From positions 1,180,001 to 1,240,000 of the forward strand of contig MU057781.1 of NCBI GenBank assembly GCA_013265495.1: a stretch of 60,000 bases of DNA. Direction: 5' to 3'. Under the pieces are notes generated by a model, which ran no database searches, was not told where the DNA came from, and worked only from the letters and a program-made list of their open reading frames with translations. The first letter of the stretch is position 1. Each line of letters opens with the position of its first letter. Position numbers and translations under genes: made by a program. This document shows positions 13,090-26,060 of this stretch, one piece after another. This stretch comes from Vicugna vicugna (Eukaryota).

Positions 13090-14509
13090 CTAGGGGAATC
13101 TGGGGTCCTCTGCACCCAGCAGACGGCAGCAGCCCCACCCACGATGCTCCAGCCCTTGGGGCCAGGTGCAGATGCAGGGGGGATGCAGAGCCCTTCCCAG
13201 CGCAGCCCAGCACCCTGCCCCGCTGGGGTTGGTGGCACCAGTTCAGCCCCAGACATGACGACCAGGACATAGGCTCCCGGGTCCAGACTAGAGAGGCTGT
13301 CACTATTCAGTCATTCCACAAAGTGATCAACTCCCCATAAAAGCACGCCAATGAGCAAGGCCTCCTTCAGCTCCAATGCGATAGGCAAGAATGGGCAGGT
13401 GCAGGGGAAATCAAGGAAGGCTTCCTGGAGGAGGTGACATCCTGTTGAGTCCTGCAAGGTGACTGGGAATCCCCAGGAGAGCAGTTCGGGGAAATAGGTT
13501 TGGGCAGGTCCCTGCGCCTGCAAATGAAGTGCAAAGTGATGGGGGGAGGGCTGGGGAGGGAGCAGGGGCACCCTGAGAAGCCGGGCTTTCTCCTGAGAGC
13601 TGCAGGAAGCCACCAGAAGAATCTGAGTAAGGGACTCACACGGGCCTCCCCTGCAAGGGGACAAACTCCCTTGCAGGGCCCCAGGCACGTGGGGTGCTGC
13701 ATCTGACAGAGGAGTGCTGCTAATGAGTGCTGTTCCCCAGGGAGGAGGCAGGACCCAGGGCCCCGGCGGAAAGACAGGCTGCAAGCTCCTCTGTGGGCTT
13801 TATTCAGAGCCCCTCTGCTCTGCCGCCAGCCCCCGGGGTCCCTGGTCCCCCATCAGGCAGTCTGCAGGTGTCCCAAGACCCCTGGAGTGCAGCATCGGCC
13901 AGGCTCCTCCCCAAGGGTGCCTGCCGCTCGCGCTCCAGGGCTCTAGGGCACGGTCCCCTTGAAACACCCAGTGTCCTGAGAACCTCTGCTCGAGGCTGAT
14001 CCTTGCCATCCAGACATCTCCGCTGAGGGAGGGACGCGGGCCGGGCCCTGTATCCCCAGCACCTACGACAGGGGCGACCAGAGGTGGCCATCACAGTGGG
14101 TGTTGGGAGAACAAATGAATGAACCTAGGGTTTATACATAAATCTCCTTTAAATGTTGTGTCCTATCTAAATAGGTTGTATTAACACCAATTTGTATGCA
14201 AACTTATCACTTCCAATAATATTTATTTTTGATGAAGCAGTAAGTAAGTAGATCGCTGTGCTGGAGTTTCAGGGGGGTCACCTGCACAGACAGGAGGCCT
14301 TGGGCCTGGCGATCTGCCAGGGGTGGGGGCCACAGCACAGGGAGGGGGCCTGGATACCAAGCCCCTGGAGAGGCCCAGCGTGTGGTCAAAGGAGAGGCTC
14401 CCACAGAGGAAGCAGACAGTGGTCACCTGCAGATCACAGAAATCTTTTAACAGAGAGGACGCAGCTGAAGGACAGTGTGTGCACAACCCAGCTGGATGTG
14501 TTGTGAGAG

Positions 14510-14692
14510 ACACCAGTGTACAATCACAAATGCGTCAAAACACAAACAACAGCTCAGGGAAATGCACTCAACATCTTGTAGCAGCTCACAGTGGAAAAGA
14601 ATATGAGACTGAATATATGTATATTCATGTATGACTGAAGCATTGTGCTGTACACCAAAAACTGACACAACCTTGTAAACTGACTATAACTC

Positions 14693-14733
<41 letters not shown>

Positions 14734-14735
14734 CA
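14510..14735 (+). mobile_element. Camelid L1 3' UTR fragment ending in a (CA)n microsatellite (~14696-14730)
   Basis: Same 3' UTR motifs as the L1 at 39400-39520 (gtagcagctcacagtggaaaagaatatg...tgacacaaccttgtaaactgactata). Confidence 0.8.
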
Positions 14736-14839
14736 GGAATAGGAAACCCTACCGTCTAAATGGACAGAGCCATGTGGTAATTTCTGGGTCTAAACCTTTC
14801 ACACGGTCAGTCAGAAGCAGCCGACTCCATTACGCCTAC

Positions 14840-14904
14840 CTCGGTTCTCCTTTTGCGAAGTTGATCGCCTTCATGTACTGAGTCACGCAATTTTCAAATT
14901 CCTC
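14840..14904 (-). CDS. CFAP46: CFAP46 exon 4 (EEFENCVTQYMKAINFAKGEPR)
   Basis: Acceptor CCTTAG|GAG, donor AG|GTAGGC; 65 nt. Confidence 0.94.
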
Positions 14905-15347
14905 CTAAGGCAACATAAAAACACACAGTTAAATCAGATTTGCCACTGAAACGCCAATCATTGCTCATGGTCACTTTCGGGAACATTAGGTGGCCCTGAA
15001 GACTGGCCCAGGCTCCGCGTTTGAGCAGTGGGAGTGGAGACCAGGAGCCTACCTCTCCCCCTGGCCACGGGCTTGTCCAGGGCACTAGGATGCCAGGGTC
15101 AGGTGTCAGAAGGATGCAGCCAGGCCCCCGCACTCAGGGGGCAGCGCAGATGGGAGACGCTGCGAGTCTCGCTTCACTGAAAGCTAATCTGGGTGACTGA
15201 CACCCGACGAAAACGTCTTAAGTCTCGTCTAGCCTGACACGATCTCAAAGTGGGGTGACATTTTGAGTGCTGTGGCACAAGATGTGAAATTTTGAGGAGA
15301 AGCAAAGCAATTGCAGGGAAAAATACAGTAGGTCAGTTCGATATTCA

Positions 15348-16017
<670 letters not shown>

Positions 16018-16547
16018 TCAGGCAGGCCCGCCCACGGCTGTGCCCTGGTCTGTGGCCCAGCACCAGCACCCGGCCGGCCTTCGGGGTCGGGGAAGCCAGG
16101 GCCAAGGTGCTCCCAGCACGGCCCTGCGGACCCTGCAGGGCACTGGGGTCAAGCTCTAGAAGCAGTGGGAGCTGAATAATTCTTGAGGAGCGGTTTAGAA
16201 TGACAAAAGCCTTCTTAGAAAGGCGCCTTGGTGTGCCTTGGTCAGGCAAACCCAGGAAGTGCTGGCTTCAAGGGGCCACTGGATCAGGCCAGGCAGGGGT
16301 CAGCAGGGGGCAGAGGGGTCCTGGTGGGTCTGAGGGCCTCCCCAGGATCACGGTCCGACAGCTCGGACCCTCCTCTGGTCGGGACGTGCGCGGGCCTAGA
16401 GGACAGGGTAGCGGAGGTCCCGGGGCCTGGGGGGGGAGGGGGAGGGTCACGCAGGCCGGTCCGGGCCTCCCCAGGGGCTGGGGTCGTGGCCCGGCTCGGG
16501 GGTCCCCAGGGACGGGGGGCGGGCGGTCCCCGGCCTCCTCCGCCCAC

Positions 16548-16596
16548 CCTGCTGGCTCTCGGCGCGGGCCAGCTCCTGCGTGATGACCAGGTCCAT
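16548..16596 (-). CDS. CFAP46: CFAP46 coding exon 1 (MDLVITQELARAESQQ)
   Basis: ATG in a strong Kozak context (GCGCCATGG) at 16596; donor G|GTGGGC; 49 nt, phase 1. Confidence 0.95.
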
Positions 16597-16656
16597 GGCG
16601 CCGTCCAAGGTCCCCGCTGCCCACCGTCCGTTGGCCTTCAGGCGTCGGGACCAGCG

Positions 16657-16669
16657 GTTGCCTAGCGAC
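16657..16669. promoter_or_regulatory. RFX X-box (GTTGCCTAGCGAC)
   Basis: One mismatch from the X-box consensus GTTGCCTAGCAAC, 61 bp upstream of the ATG of a ciliary gene. Confidence 0.8.
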
Positions 16670-18109
16670 GGACAGGGACGCGGACCGGCCCTACGGGTCG
16701 GCGGCGGGCCCAGACTTGTCGGGAGGCGAACGCCCCAAGGGCCCCACCGCGCGCCCTCAGCGCGGAGAGGCTACGGGGCGGGGACGCCCACCAGGCGGGC
16801 GGCGCGGCCTCTGCCCCGCCCCCTGACGAGGCTGCACCCCGGAGCTGCCCCGGGTTATGCACTGAGCTCTGGTCCTGGGTCCCTGCGGGTGCAGCATGCC
16901 CCCGCATGCCAGCCCTGGCCCTCGGCTGATGCCCCTCGCGGTCTCCCAGGAAGCGGTCCTGCGTTCCTTGGCTCTCTCATTCATGTATCCTGCAAGCGCT
17001 ATTCGCCCCCTGCCGCTGGCCGGGGCTGAGCAGGGCGGGACCGGCAGCGGGGCGGCCGGGCCGCCCCCGCGGGGAGAGGACATCACTCAAACACAGCACT
17101 GCGTGCCTGGGGTGCCACCGGGGGAAGCACAGGGAGTCTGGCAGCTGGTACAGGGGCTGGTCCCGAGTTGGGGTGTTGGGGAGAGGGCTCCAAGGGCAGG
17201 ACAGGTGGGCTGAGGTCTGAAAGAGAAGGGAGGGGCTGCACAGAGAAGTAGGGGAGAGGACTGGAGAGAGGGACGTCTGCCAAGGCCGGAGGGGTCAGCT
17301 GGGGCAGAGCGCTGCGGCTGGGGGGCAGGCAGGAGTTCCCCTTCCTACTGCTTTAAACGATGGGTGTGGGCGAGTCTGAGCAGCTCTGTGGGTGCCAGGT
17401 GAAGACTGGCTTGGGGAGGCTGAGGGTGCCGAGCATCGCGGGGTCAGCGAGCAGGGAGGCTGCCGGCTGGCTCACATGGTGAGGGCAGGAAGGGAGAGCG
17501 GGTCTGGGTGATGGGTGTGGGGCCAGGGAGGGCCAGGGGGTGGATGGCACAGGGTCTCTACACCCACAGGGATGGCTGGGCTGTGGCCCACATGGGAACT
17601 CCGGGAGAGGACCACGGTGGAGGGCTCAGGAGAACACCGGGCATCCTGTCTGGGACACACGGGGCCCTGCGGTACTTACAGCCAATGTTTGTAGGTGGCG
17701 TCTGAGCTGACAGAGAAGGTCCGGGCTGGAGGTGCAGGCCTGTGAACAGGTGTGCAGAAGTGATGGAGTGTGGGTGGGGGGAGAGACAGCCTCCGAGACC
17801 CGAGCCAAGGGCAGAAGGGAGAGTGCTGGGGAGACAGAGGGAGATGGGGGAGACGGCCGCCGGCAGCTGCGCAGGGCTGTGTCCAGAAGCCCAGGGAAGG
17901 GCGTTTGGAAGGGGAGAGAGGCACCAGCAGCAGGTCAGGTGCGGCCCAGAGGGCAGCGAGGGCGCACTGAGAAACCGCTGTTGGCTAATCACAGGGAGGC
18001 ATGGAGGCATCGTGACTCGGGAGTAACCTTCTCTAAGTGGCAGGGGGTGGGGGTGGTGCTGGACGAGGCGGAGGGAGGGCGGGAGGGAGGGAGAAGAGGA
18101 GCTTTTCAA

Positions 18110-19550
18110 AGGTATAAGACAATTAAGCACTTTTCAAGCTGATGCCTCTTTATTTGCAAACGGAATGATCCTGTTTGTAGAAACAAACCCTGTGGCATCT
18201 ACAAAAATTCTGCAACTACTAGTAAGTGAATTTAGCAAGGAGCGGGATTCATCAACACATGAATATCAATTGTGTCGGTTCATACTGGCAGCCACAGAGA
18301 AGGGCGGAGACACACCATTTAAAAAAGCATCAGAACCAAACTACTTTGGGATGAATTTGACAAAAGATGTGTCAGTGCTGCTACACTGAACACTACGAAA
18401 CTTCGCTGCAGAAACGACAGAAGACCCACGTGAAGGGAAAGGTGTGCCGAGCCCACAAACTAGAACTCACCTATGACACGGCCCTTCTCCCCAGCTTCAT
18501 CTTTCCACTCCGTGCAACGTCAGTCGGCACTTTTCTGGAAATCAATGGCCAATTCTAAAATTTGTATGGGAACACAAAGGGCCTAGAACGGCCAAGATAA
18601 TCTCAAGGAAGCAGAACAAAGTTGGAGGATGTGCGCTGCTGGATGTTGAGACGTGCTGTGCCGCTGCAGAATTTTGGACAGCACGGCGTCGTGAGAGACG
18701 GATGACCAGAGCAGTCGGGCAGAAGAGAGTTCAGAGCCGGGTCCACGTGGGTACGGTCCACTGATTTTGACAGACGTGCCACTTCAATGGGGAAAAGGAA
18801 AGTCTTTTCAATGGGTGATATCAGAGCAGCTGGACAGTGAAGAACCTGGAGCCCTAGTCACACCACGTGCAGAACTAACCCGAGATGGATGGTAGACTTA
18901 CAAAGTAAAATTCAAATATGTGCAGCTTCTTGAGTAACAAAATACTTCACTGGACAGACAAGCAGACAGAAGCTTGGAGCAGACGGAATTTTCTTGGGTG
19001 GGGAATAAGAAGTGGCGTAAAGGGGGAAGAGATGAAGCTATCCCCGTCAAAGTGAAACCTCTGCTCTTTGAAAGCTGTTGTTAAGAAAATGAAAAGTCAA
19101 GCTGCCAACCTGTTGCAAATAGTCACAGTAATTACGTCCAACAAAGGCCACGCGTCCAGGTTGCAGGAAGAAGCACTCGTGTGAGGGTGTTCTCAGCGGC
19201 TCTATTCTGAACCGCCCCAAGTGGAAGCAGCCCAGGCATCCAGCAGTGGACAGGCGTGGCTGGGTCCCAACGGCCACGACTCAGCAGCGAAGCAGTGTGA
19301 ACCAGCCACACGATGCCAGGATGGGTGGCTCGGGGCGTCGATGAGCAAAAAAAACAGGTGTAAAGGCCGCCTGCGGGACCCTGTTTCCAGGCAATTCTAG
19401 GACACCCAGTGAGGGGCAGGAGCTCACGGGGAAGAGGCAATGGACAAGGTCCAGGCTTGACTGGAGTGTCAGGCACGTGGTCATGCGTATACATTTTTCA
19501 GAACCCAGTGAAGTGGGCGTTTAAAGTGGAAGCATCTTTCACTGCACTGA
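18110..19550 (+). mobile_element. Old L1 (ORF2 3' half to 3' UTR), degraded
   Basis: ORF 18165 MILFVETNPVASTKILQLLVSEFSK...PFKKAS..YFGMNLTKDV is an L1 ORF2 RT-region remnant; downstream gaacaaagttggagg and caatggggaaagga motifs. Confidence 0.8.
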
Positions 19551-20099
19551 CAGCCAGGCCAGACTGAATGGTCAGCCAGGGGCCACAGGCTGACATGAGC
19601 TCCCACTCAGAGAGCTGGGGGTCCTGCGCCAGGTAGGTGGACGGGGACCAGAGGTCAGGGGCGGGCGCTTTGCCCAGGAAGCTGAGGGAGACCAGGTGGT
19701 CTCCGGGGAATTGGGTGTAGGAGGGGAGTGGGTGACAAGAGGCTCTGTGGGCAGAGCCAAGGCTCTGGGGTTGGGGGCTGTGACCGACCCCTGAGTGGCA
19801 CCCCTGTCCCAAAGAGACTCCCGCAGGGCGCTGCTGCTTGTGTCCAGGATAAGAGAAGGTCCCCTGGGGGCCCCTGTGGGTGGGAGGCTGAAGGAACAGG
19901 GCAAGGTCAGTGCAGGATTCGGGCAGAGTGCCCGCACGCTGGACACGGAGGTCACCAGGAGAGCTGGTGGGTGGGGAGAAAGCGGGGGTCGCGTTGCCCT
20001 GGGCCAGGCCGGGCCCCCATGATGTGAGGAGGCGCACTGGGCCAGGGGCCCCAAGGGCAGGACGGCTGTGGGAAAGAAANNNNNNNNNNNNNTTTTTTT

Positions 20100-20637
20100 T
20101 GGTTTAACTTTTAATTAATTAATTTATTTTATTAATAGATTCTATTTTTTAGAGCAGTTTCAGGTTCACAGCAGAATTGAGCAGAAAATAGAGAGTTCGC
20201 CATAGCCCTCCCCACCCACACGTACATACCCCTCTACCCTCAGCCTCCCTCATCAGGGTGGCGCCTGTGGTACAATCGATGAACCAACACGGACACATTA
20301 CCATCAACCACAGTCCACAGTTTACACGCGGGTTCACGCTAGATGTTGTGCGTTCTGTGGGCTTTGACAAATGCATACTGACATGCAGCCACCACTACAG
20401 CATCACACGGAATAACTTCATCGCCCTAAAAATCCCTGTGCTCCATCTGTTCATCCTCCCTCCCTCCCTCTCCCCGAACCCCTGGAAACCACGATCTTTT
20501 TATTGGCCTGTAGCTGTGCCTTTTCTAGAATGCCATTTGGTTGGAATTGTGCAGTTTGTAGCCTTTTCAGACTGGCTCCTTTCGTTTAGTAGTGTGTCTT
20601 TTAAGTCCCTTCCATGTCTTTCATGGCTTGATAGATC
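20100..20637 (-). mobile_element. L1M (L1MC-like) 3' end
   Basis: ttttttagagcagtttcaggttcacagcagaattgagcagaaa...aacccctggaaaccac...gccttttcagactggct. Confidence 0.8.
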
Positions 20638-20769
20638 TTTTTTTTTTTTTACTGCACATATACTTTTAAATTTGCATGTATGTACTGTTCATTGTTTCTA
20701 AGAACGTTTAGAGGTTTAGCTTTTTAAACTTACCTAGTTATCAAAGGAATAAAGCCAACCACAAACTAA

Positions 20770-21285
20770 AAATTAATTCAAAAAATACATACACCCTGCT
20801 ATTAACAGCAACATTATTTATAACTGCCAAGACATGGAAGCACCCCAAGTGCACATCAATAGTGGAGTAGATAATGGAGATGCAGCATACATACACGTAA
20901 TGGAATAGAGCTCACCCATAAGAAGGAAGGATATTTTGCCATTTGCAGCCCTTCATTCACTTTTTTTCACTTCAAAAACCAGAATTTTGTAACTGGCATA
21001 AACATTTCCATTATATCAAAAAAAAACCAAATGCCTAGAAATAAACTTAACCAAGGAGGTTACCTGTACTCTGAAAACCGAAATGACAGAAAGAAATGGA
21101 AAGATTTCTTGTGCTCTTGGACTGGAAGAATCAACACTATCACAACGGCCACACACCCCAAAGCAACCCACAGACCCAACGCAACCCCCGTCAAAATACT
21201 CACGACATTCCTCACAGAACTAGACCAAACAATTCCAGAATTTATAAGGAACCACAGAAGACCCCCAACAGCCGAAGCAGTCTTT
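20770..21285 (+). mobile_element. Two rearranged L1 ORF2 fragments
   Basis: gccaagacatggaagcaccccaagtg (C-terminal region) precedes CSWTGRINTITTATHPKATHRPNATPVKI...ELDQTIPEFIRNHRRP (mid ORF2). Confidence 0.8.
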
Positions 21286-21289
21286 TATA

Positions 21290-22680
21290 GGTCTCTCTCT
21301 TTTTTTCTTTTCTTTTTGTTCTTTTCTATGGTTTGATGACTACAGAAGGTCCTTTAACATTTGTTGTAAAGCTGGCTTGGAGGAGCTGAAATCGTTTAGC
21401 TTTTGTTTATCTGTGAAGCTTTTGATTCCTCCATCAATCTGAGCGAGAGCCTTGCTGGACAGAGTGTTCTTGGTTGGAAGTTTTTCCCTTTCATCACTTG
21501 AAGTATATCTTGCCACCCTCTTCTGGCCTGTAGAGTTTCTGCTGAAAGATCAGCTGATAACCTACGGGAATTCCCTTGTGTGTTATTTGTTGCTTTTCTC
21601 CTGCTAATTTTAATATTTTCTCCTTATCCTTAATTGTTGTCAGTTTGATGGCTGTGTGCCTTGGTGTGCTCCTCTCTGGGTTGGTCCTGTGTGGAACTCG
21701 GTGCTTCCTGGACTTGGATGACTGTTTCCTTTCCCAGGCTGGGGACGTTTTCAGTGATTATCTCTCCAAAAATGTTCTCAGGTCCCTTGTCTCTTCTCTT
21801 TCTGGGACCCCTACGATGCGAATATTAGCGTGCCTCATGTTGTCTCAGCGTTCTCTTAAACGATCCGTGTTTCTTTTCTTTCTTTTTTCTGCTCTGCAGC
21901 AGTGATTTCCACTCATCTGTCTTCCAGCTCACTGATCCCTCCTTCTGCCTCACTTAGTCTGTTCTTGGTTCCTTCTAGTGTGTTATTCATTTCAGTGGTT
22001 TTATTCTTCAGCTCTGTGTAGGTGTTCTTTACATTTTCCAACTCTTTGCTAAAAACTTCACTCTGTGCATCTATACTCCTCTTGAGTTCTCTGAACGTCT
22101 TTGACAACATTACTTCAAACTCTTTCTCAGATAAACTGCCTATCTCCTCATCACTTCTCTCTTCTTCTGGGACTTCATCTTGTGCCTTGGCCTCATATTG
22201 CCTGTCTTTCTATTTGTATTTTTAGGCAGGTCAGTTACGTTTCTTGACCTTGGAGAGGTGGCCCTCTGTGGGAGACGTCCTGTGTGTCCCAGCCGTGCAC
22301 TCCTCTCTTGTCACCCAGGGGCCAGAGTCCAGCAGGTCCTAATGCAGTCTGGCCTGTGTTTGTGGGTTGGTGTTTTCTTATTTCTGGTACCTGCCCCTGG
22401 TGGAGGAGGCTGGACTAGAGGCTTATGCAGGGTTCCTGGCAGGAGGAGCCAGTGCCTGCCCACTGCTGCGTGAAGCTTGGTCCTGGGCCTCGGGTGGGTA
22501 GGTCCTGTCTAGAGGCCTTCGTGGCTCAGGAAGTCTGCTAAGGGGTGGGGCTGTGTTTCCACCCTGCATGTTGTTTGGCTTGAGGCTTCCCTGCAGGCTG
22601 TCGGTGTGGGCAGTTTTAAGGTCGGTAGCTGAGGCGGGGCAGAAGCATCTCTCCTTCACCTTGCCTCCCAGGCTTTAGGG
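21290..22680 (-). mobile_element. L1 5' UTR plus ORF1 remnant
   Basis: ORF 21913-22110 translates to an ORF1p coiled coil (RELKRSIDAQSEVFSKELENVK...TEMNNTLEGTKNRLSEAEGGISELEDR); the ORF1 C-terminal motif cagctgatctttcagcagaaactctacaggccagaagagggtgg follows on the minus strand. Confidence 0.85.
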
Positions 22681-22714
22681 TGATCTTTTCTTACTCTCTT
22701 CTCCTCTGCTTCCT

Positions 22715-23050
22715 CAGGAACAGACCCCAATTTTTGGCAGGCACAAGACTTCCCCAGTTCCCACCCCCATCGTAGCCAGTGTGGCCAAGTGACCCAGTTC
22801 TGGTCACTGTGAAACAGCCTTAGGGGAGTGTTCTCAAAGGAAGAGCAACCCCTTCTTTAGTCCTTCCTTTCCTCTGCTGGTGGAAGAGTGGCTATGAAGA
22901 CTGGAGCTTGAGCAGCCATTTTGTGCTGTGAGGAGGAAACCTCTGTGCTGGGATGAAGGAGCCTGGGTCCCCTTGTGTGGGCAGCTGCTCGGTCCTGGGT
23001 GGCCTCATGTGAGAAAGAAGTAGACTTCTCTCTTGTGAAATACACAGCTG
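22715..23050. mobile_element. Old ERVL/MaLR-type LTR fragment
   Basis: gtgacccagttctgg...ctggagcttgagcagccattttgtg...ggagcctgggtccct motifs. Confidence 0.5.
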
Positions 23051-25369
23051 CTTAGTGTTTCCTGGGACGCTCCCAACCACTGTCCTCACCAGGGCATTAG
23101 CTTTGAAGGTCAAGAGGGAAACGCAGAGAAACAAGCAGTGGGAGGGAGGGGCAGATGCCTGACACGTTCTCTGCCCAGTGTCTGCCGAGTGTCCGAGCTT
23201 CCTTAGGTGAGATGTAGCACCCAGCGTGTGATGAAGCACGGACCACGTGCGTGTGTGACGAGAGGTGTTCTGCCCGGGCATCGTCGTGGGACCTGGACTG
23301 CACTTTCCCTCGGGGTCCAGAATCTGCATCGTCTTGAAGAGAGGCTCAAGTCCGTGTCTGGTCAGCCCACTGTCAGCTCTCACAGAGGGCTCCCAAACAT
23401 GTCTCTGTTAATCCAGAAAGGCAGTGGCACCGTGCACACAGAAGTTATAAAATATTTATTCCCACGAAGGAAGCATCTCGCCAACATTGTGCAGTAAGAG
23501 ACTTTAAATCCTAGGGCATTAAATATGAAAACTCGCGTTCCCAGTTCTACGGCAGCCCTAGTATTAAGGGTGGAAAACACAGTTATTTTTTGCTGGATGC
23601 TATTATTTCATTTGGCAAAGACAGTTTGTGTCGGGCCCAGCCTGCACTTTGCTTGTTTTGCCCAGGAATCAAGTTGGAAGTTGTGGGGAGCCAAGCGTTT
23701 TCCCCCTGAAATTCTCCTTCCCCTCCCTCCAAACAGCCTGCCTAGTGAGGAGGAGCCGGGAGAGAAGGCCAGGCGCCCGCCCGGCTAGGGCGTGCTGGCC
23801 GCGCAGCGGGGCATCACTGCAGGGCGTGGCGCCTCGCCCGCCCCATCGGTTTCCAGACCCACCTGCGCCCCCCTGGAGCCGGAGGCCCCGGCGCGCCCTG
23901 CCTGCGGCTGGCGCAGCACCCGGGCCGCCGTGTGCCCACACGCAGGCCTGCTGCGTGGTCCATGAGGGTGGGCGAGGGCCGCCGAGGGCTCCCGCAGCAA
24001 ATGGCCGCGTAATGAAATTTTTCGTAGAAGAGCCTTCGTTTCATCCAGATTGTAATGTGGGTGGAGCTGAGCAAAGCAGCCTTTTACCGTTGTTTTCTGG
24101 ATAAGGCTCTTTTCTTCTTACTTCCTGTTTCTGTATCTCTCTTGTTTTCCTGACTAGATTGGCCAACTTACTAGTTTTTAAAAAATTTTGTTTTTTCCTT
24201 TTTTTAAAGAACCAGCTTTTGGATTTCTTTATTGATTCTATCATTCTCTGTTTTCTAAATCCTTCCTCTTTTCTTTAGTTCTTTCCTTGCCCTTCTGTCT
24301 GCTTAACTTGCCTGAAGTTGCTCTTCTTGAATTAGATGCTTATTTGTTATTTTCGTCTTTTCTTGTTGTTGCAAGTAAACAAGACTGAATTTTCATCAAA
24401 TATTCTTTTAGTTTCAGGTGCGTAGTGTAAAAGTTTAGTTCTCAAAATGTTCAAACGTGTTTTTACACAAATAGCTATGGGTGGGTAGCTGTGCGGCAAA
24501 GTGCCCTTCACCCCACTGACGAGGAAGCCGTGGCTCGGAGGTGGGAGGACCTGGGACCCCGTCAGTGGGGAGGGGTCAGTGAAGTAACAGCCCGCGTCAG
24601 AGCCAGCCTGGTGTGTGTCTCGGGGGCAATGCAGGCACAGCCTTGGGTCACTTGTCTGCCTTTCCACAAGGTGACCTCTGACTTCCCAGGGCCACGAGAG
24701 GAGCCCCCCGAGCTGTGCCCTGTGTGGGGCCCACGAGGGTGCTGGCCGGACCCTGAAATCACAGCCCTCCCGCCGCCTTATCTCCAGCTTCCGGTGCGTC
24801 TCCCTGGGCGCCGGGCCCCCGTCACCCTTCCTGGAACTCTGCAAGGAGAGCCCTTCTTCCCTCTTCGGCGCAGTGGTTTCGTGCGAAGGTTCGAAGGCTT
24901 TGTGTTTCCTGGTGTTGCTTTACCTTTGCATGACGTCGCCTTGTGAGCACAGAGCACCGCCCGGCTGCACCTGCTCTGGGATCCACTGAGGTGCCTTTGG
25001 GCCCGGATGTGCGGCCAGTTCTCGTGACTGTGTCCTGGGCGCTTGGGAAGCACCTGACACGTGTGGGTCAGACCTGTGCCGACCGCCTGCTCAGGCCCGT
25101 GCGCATGCTGTGAGGACGGTGCGCCCGCGAGGGTGCCTCTGCCTGGTCCTCCCTGCTGGCCTCGGACTCCCCTGCTCTCAGCGCCCTGGTCCCACGCCAC
25201 GGGGCACGTGGGTGTCGGCGGCCCTTCCGTCCGTGCTTTAGCTTTTCACCTCCATCCCTTTGCTCGTGGCTTTTGCCTGGAGTCTGGCCTGGTGCGATAC
25301 GAGGATCACGGCTTTGCTGTCCCTCAGGGATTTGTGTCTTCGTGGTTCAGTTTACCTGCAGTCAAATGC

Positions 25370-26060
25370 GCAGGTTCTAAGCGTCACGTTCAGGTGGGTT
25401 TGGACAAGCGCACACAGCCCTGTAACCCCACTCCCACGAGGCCCCTGATGTCCCTTCCCAGCGGATCCCATCCTCCCCCAGGACAGCACCACTCCACTGT
25501 CCAGCCCCACGTTTGCCGGTTCCAGACTCCATCAGCGATCTTACCACATGCTCCCTTCTCTGGCTCTTTCTCCCTCAGCATTACGTTCCTGAGTCTCGTC
25601 CACGAGGTCACATGTGGTGACAGCATCTCTTGCACGCGGCCGTGTGGTCCTCTGTGTGCTTGCACCCCAGATGGGCAGCATCCCCCTGTCCAGGGACTTG
25701 GGGGTGTTGGTCTGGGCATCATGAACAAGGTCACCGTGATCCACATGCGCCTCTTCCTTGGATATTTGCTGTCGTTTCTTGTGGGCAAACGCTGAGCTGT
25801 GGAACGTGAGTCACGGCGTGGGTGTCCGCTCGTGTCATGAAAACTGCAAGCCATCTTACAAAAGGCTGCACCGTTCAACGTTTCCCCCAACAGCGCAGAA
25901 TATTCCAGTCGCCCCAGGTATTTGGTCAGACTTGGTGTCACTCGTCCGTCTTTTATTTCAGCCGTCCTCCTGGGGTGAAATGGCATTTTGTGATTTGAAT
26001 TTGCGCTTCCTTAATGACTAACGCTCTCGGGCACTTTTCACACGCTTTGATCTTGTGAGG
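25370..26060 (-). mobile_element. Old L1 3' end, GC-shifted
   Basis: Antisense L1 3' motifs (ttttgtgatttgaatttgc..ttccttaatgactaa); ORF 25390-25986 contains TSWTRLRNVMLREK. Confidence 0.65.

Larger units (their letters stand above)
16330..17110. promoter_or_regulatory. CpG-island promoter of CFAP46 with GC boxes
   Basis: Very high GC and CpG density around exon 1; Sp-type GGGGCGGG (~16775) and GCCCCGCCCC (~16813) motifs. Boundaries approximate. Confidence 0.85.
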
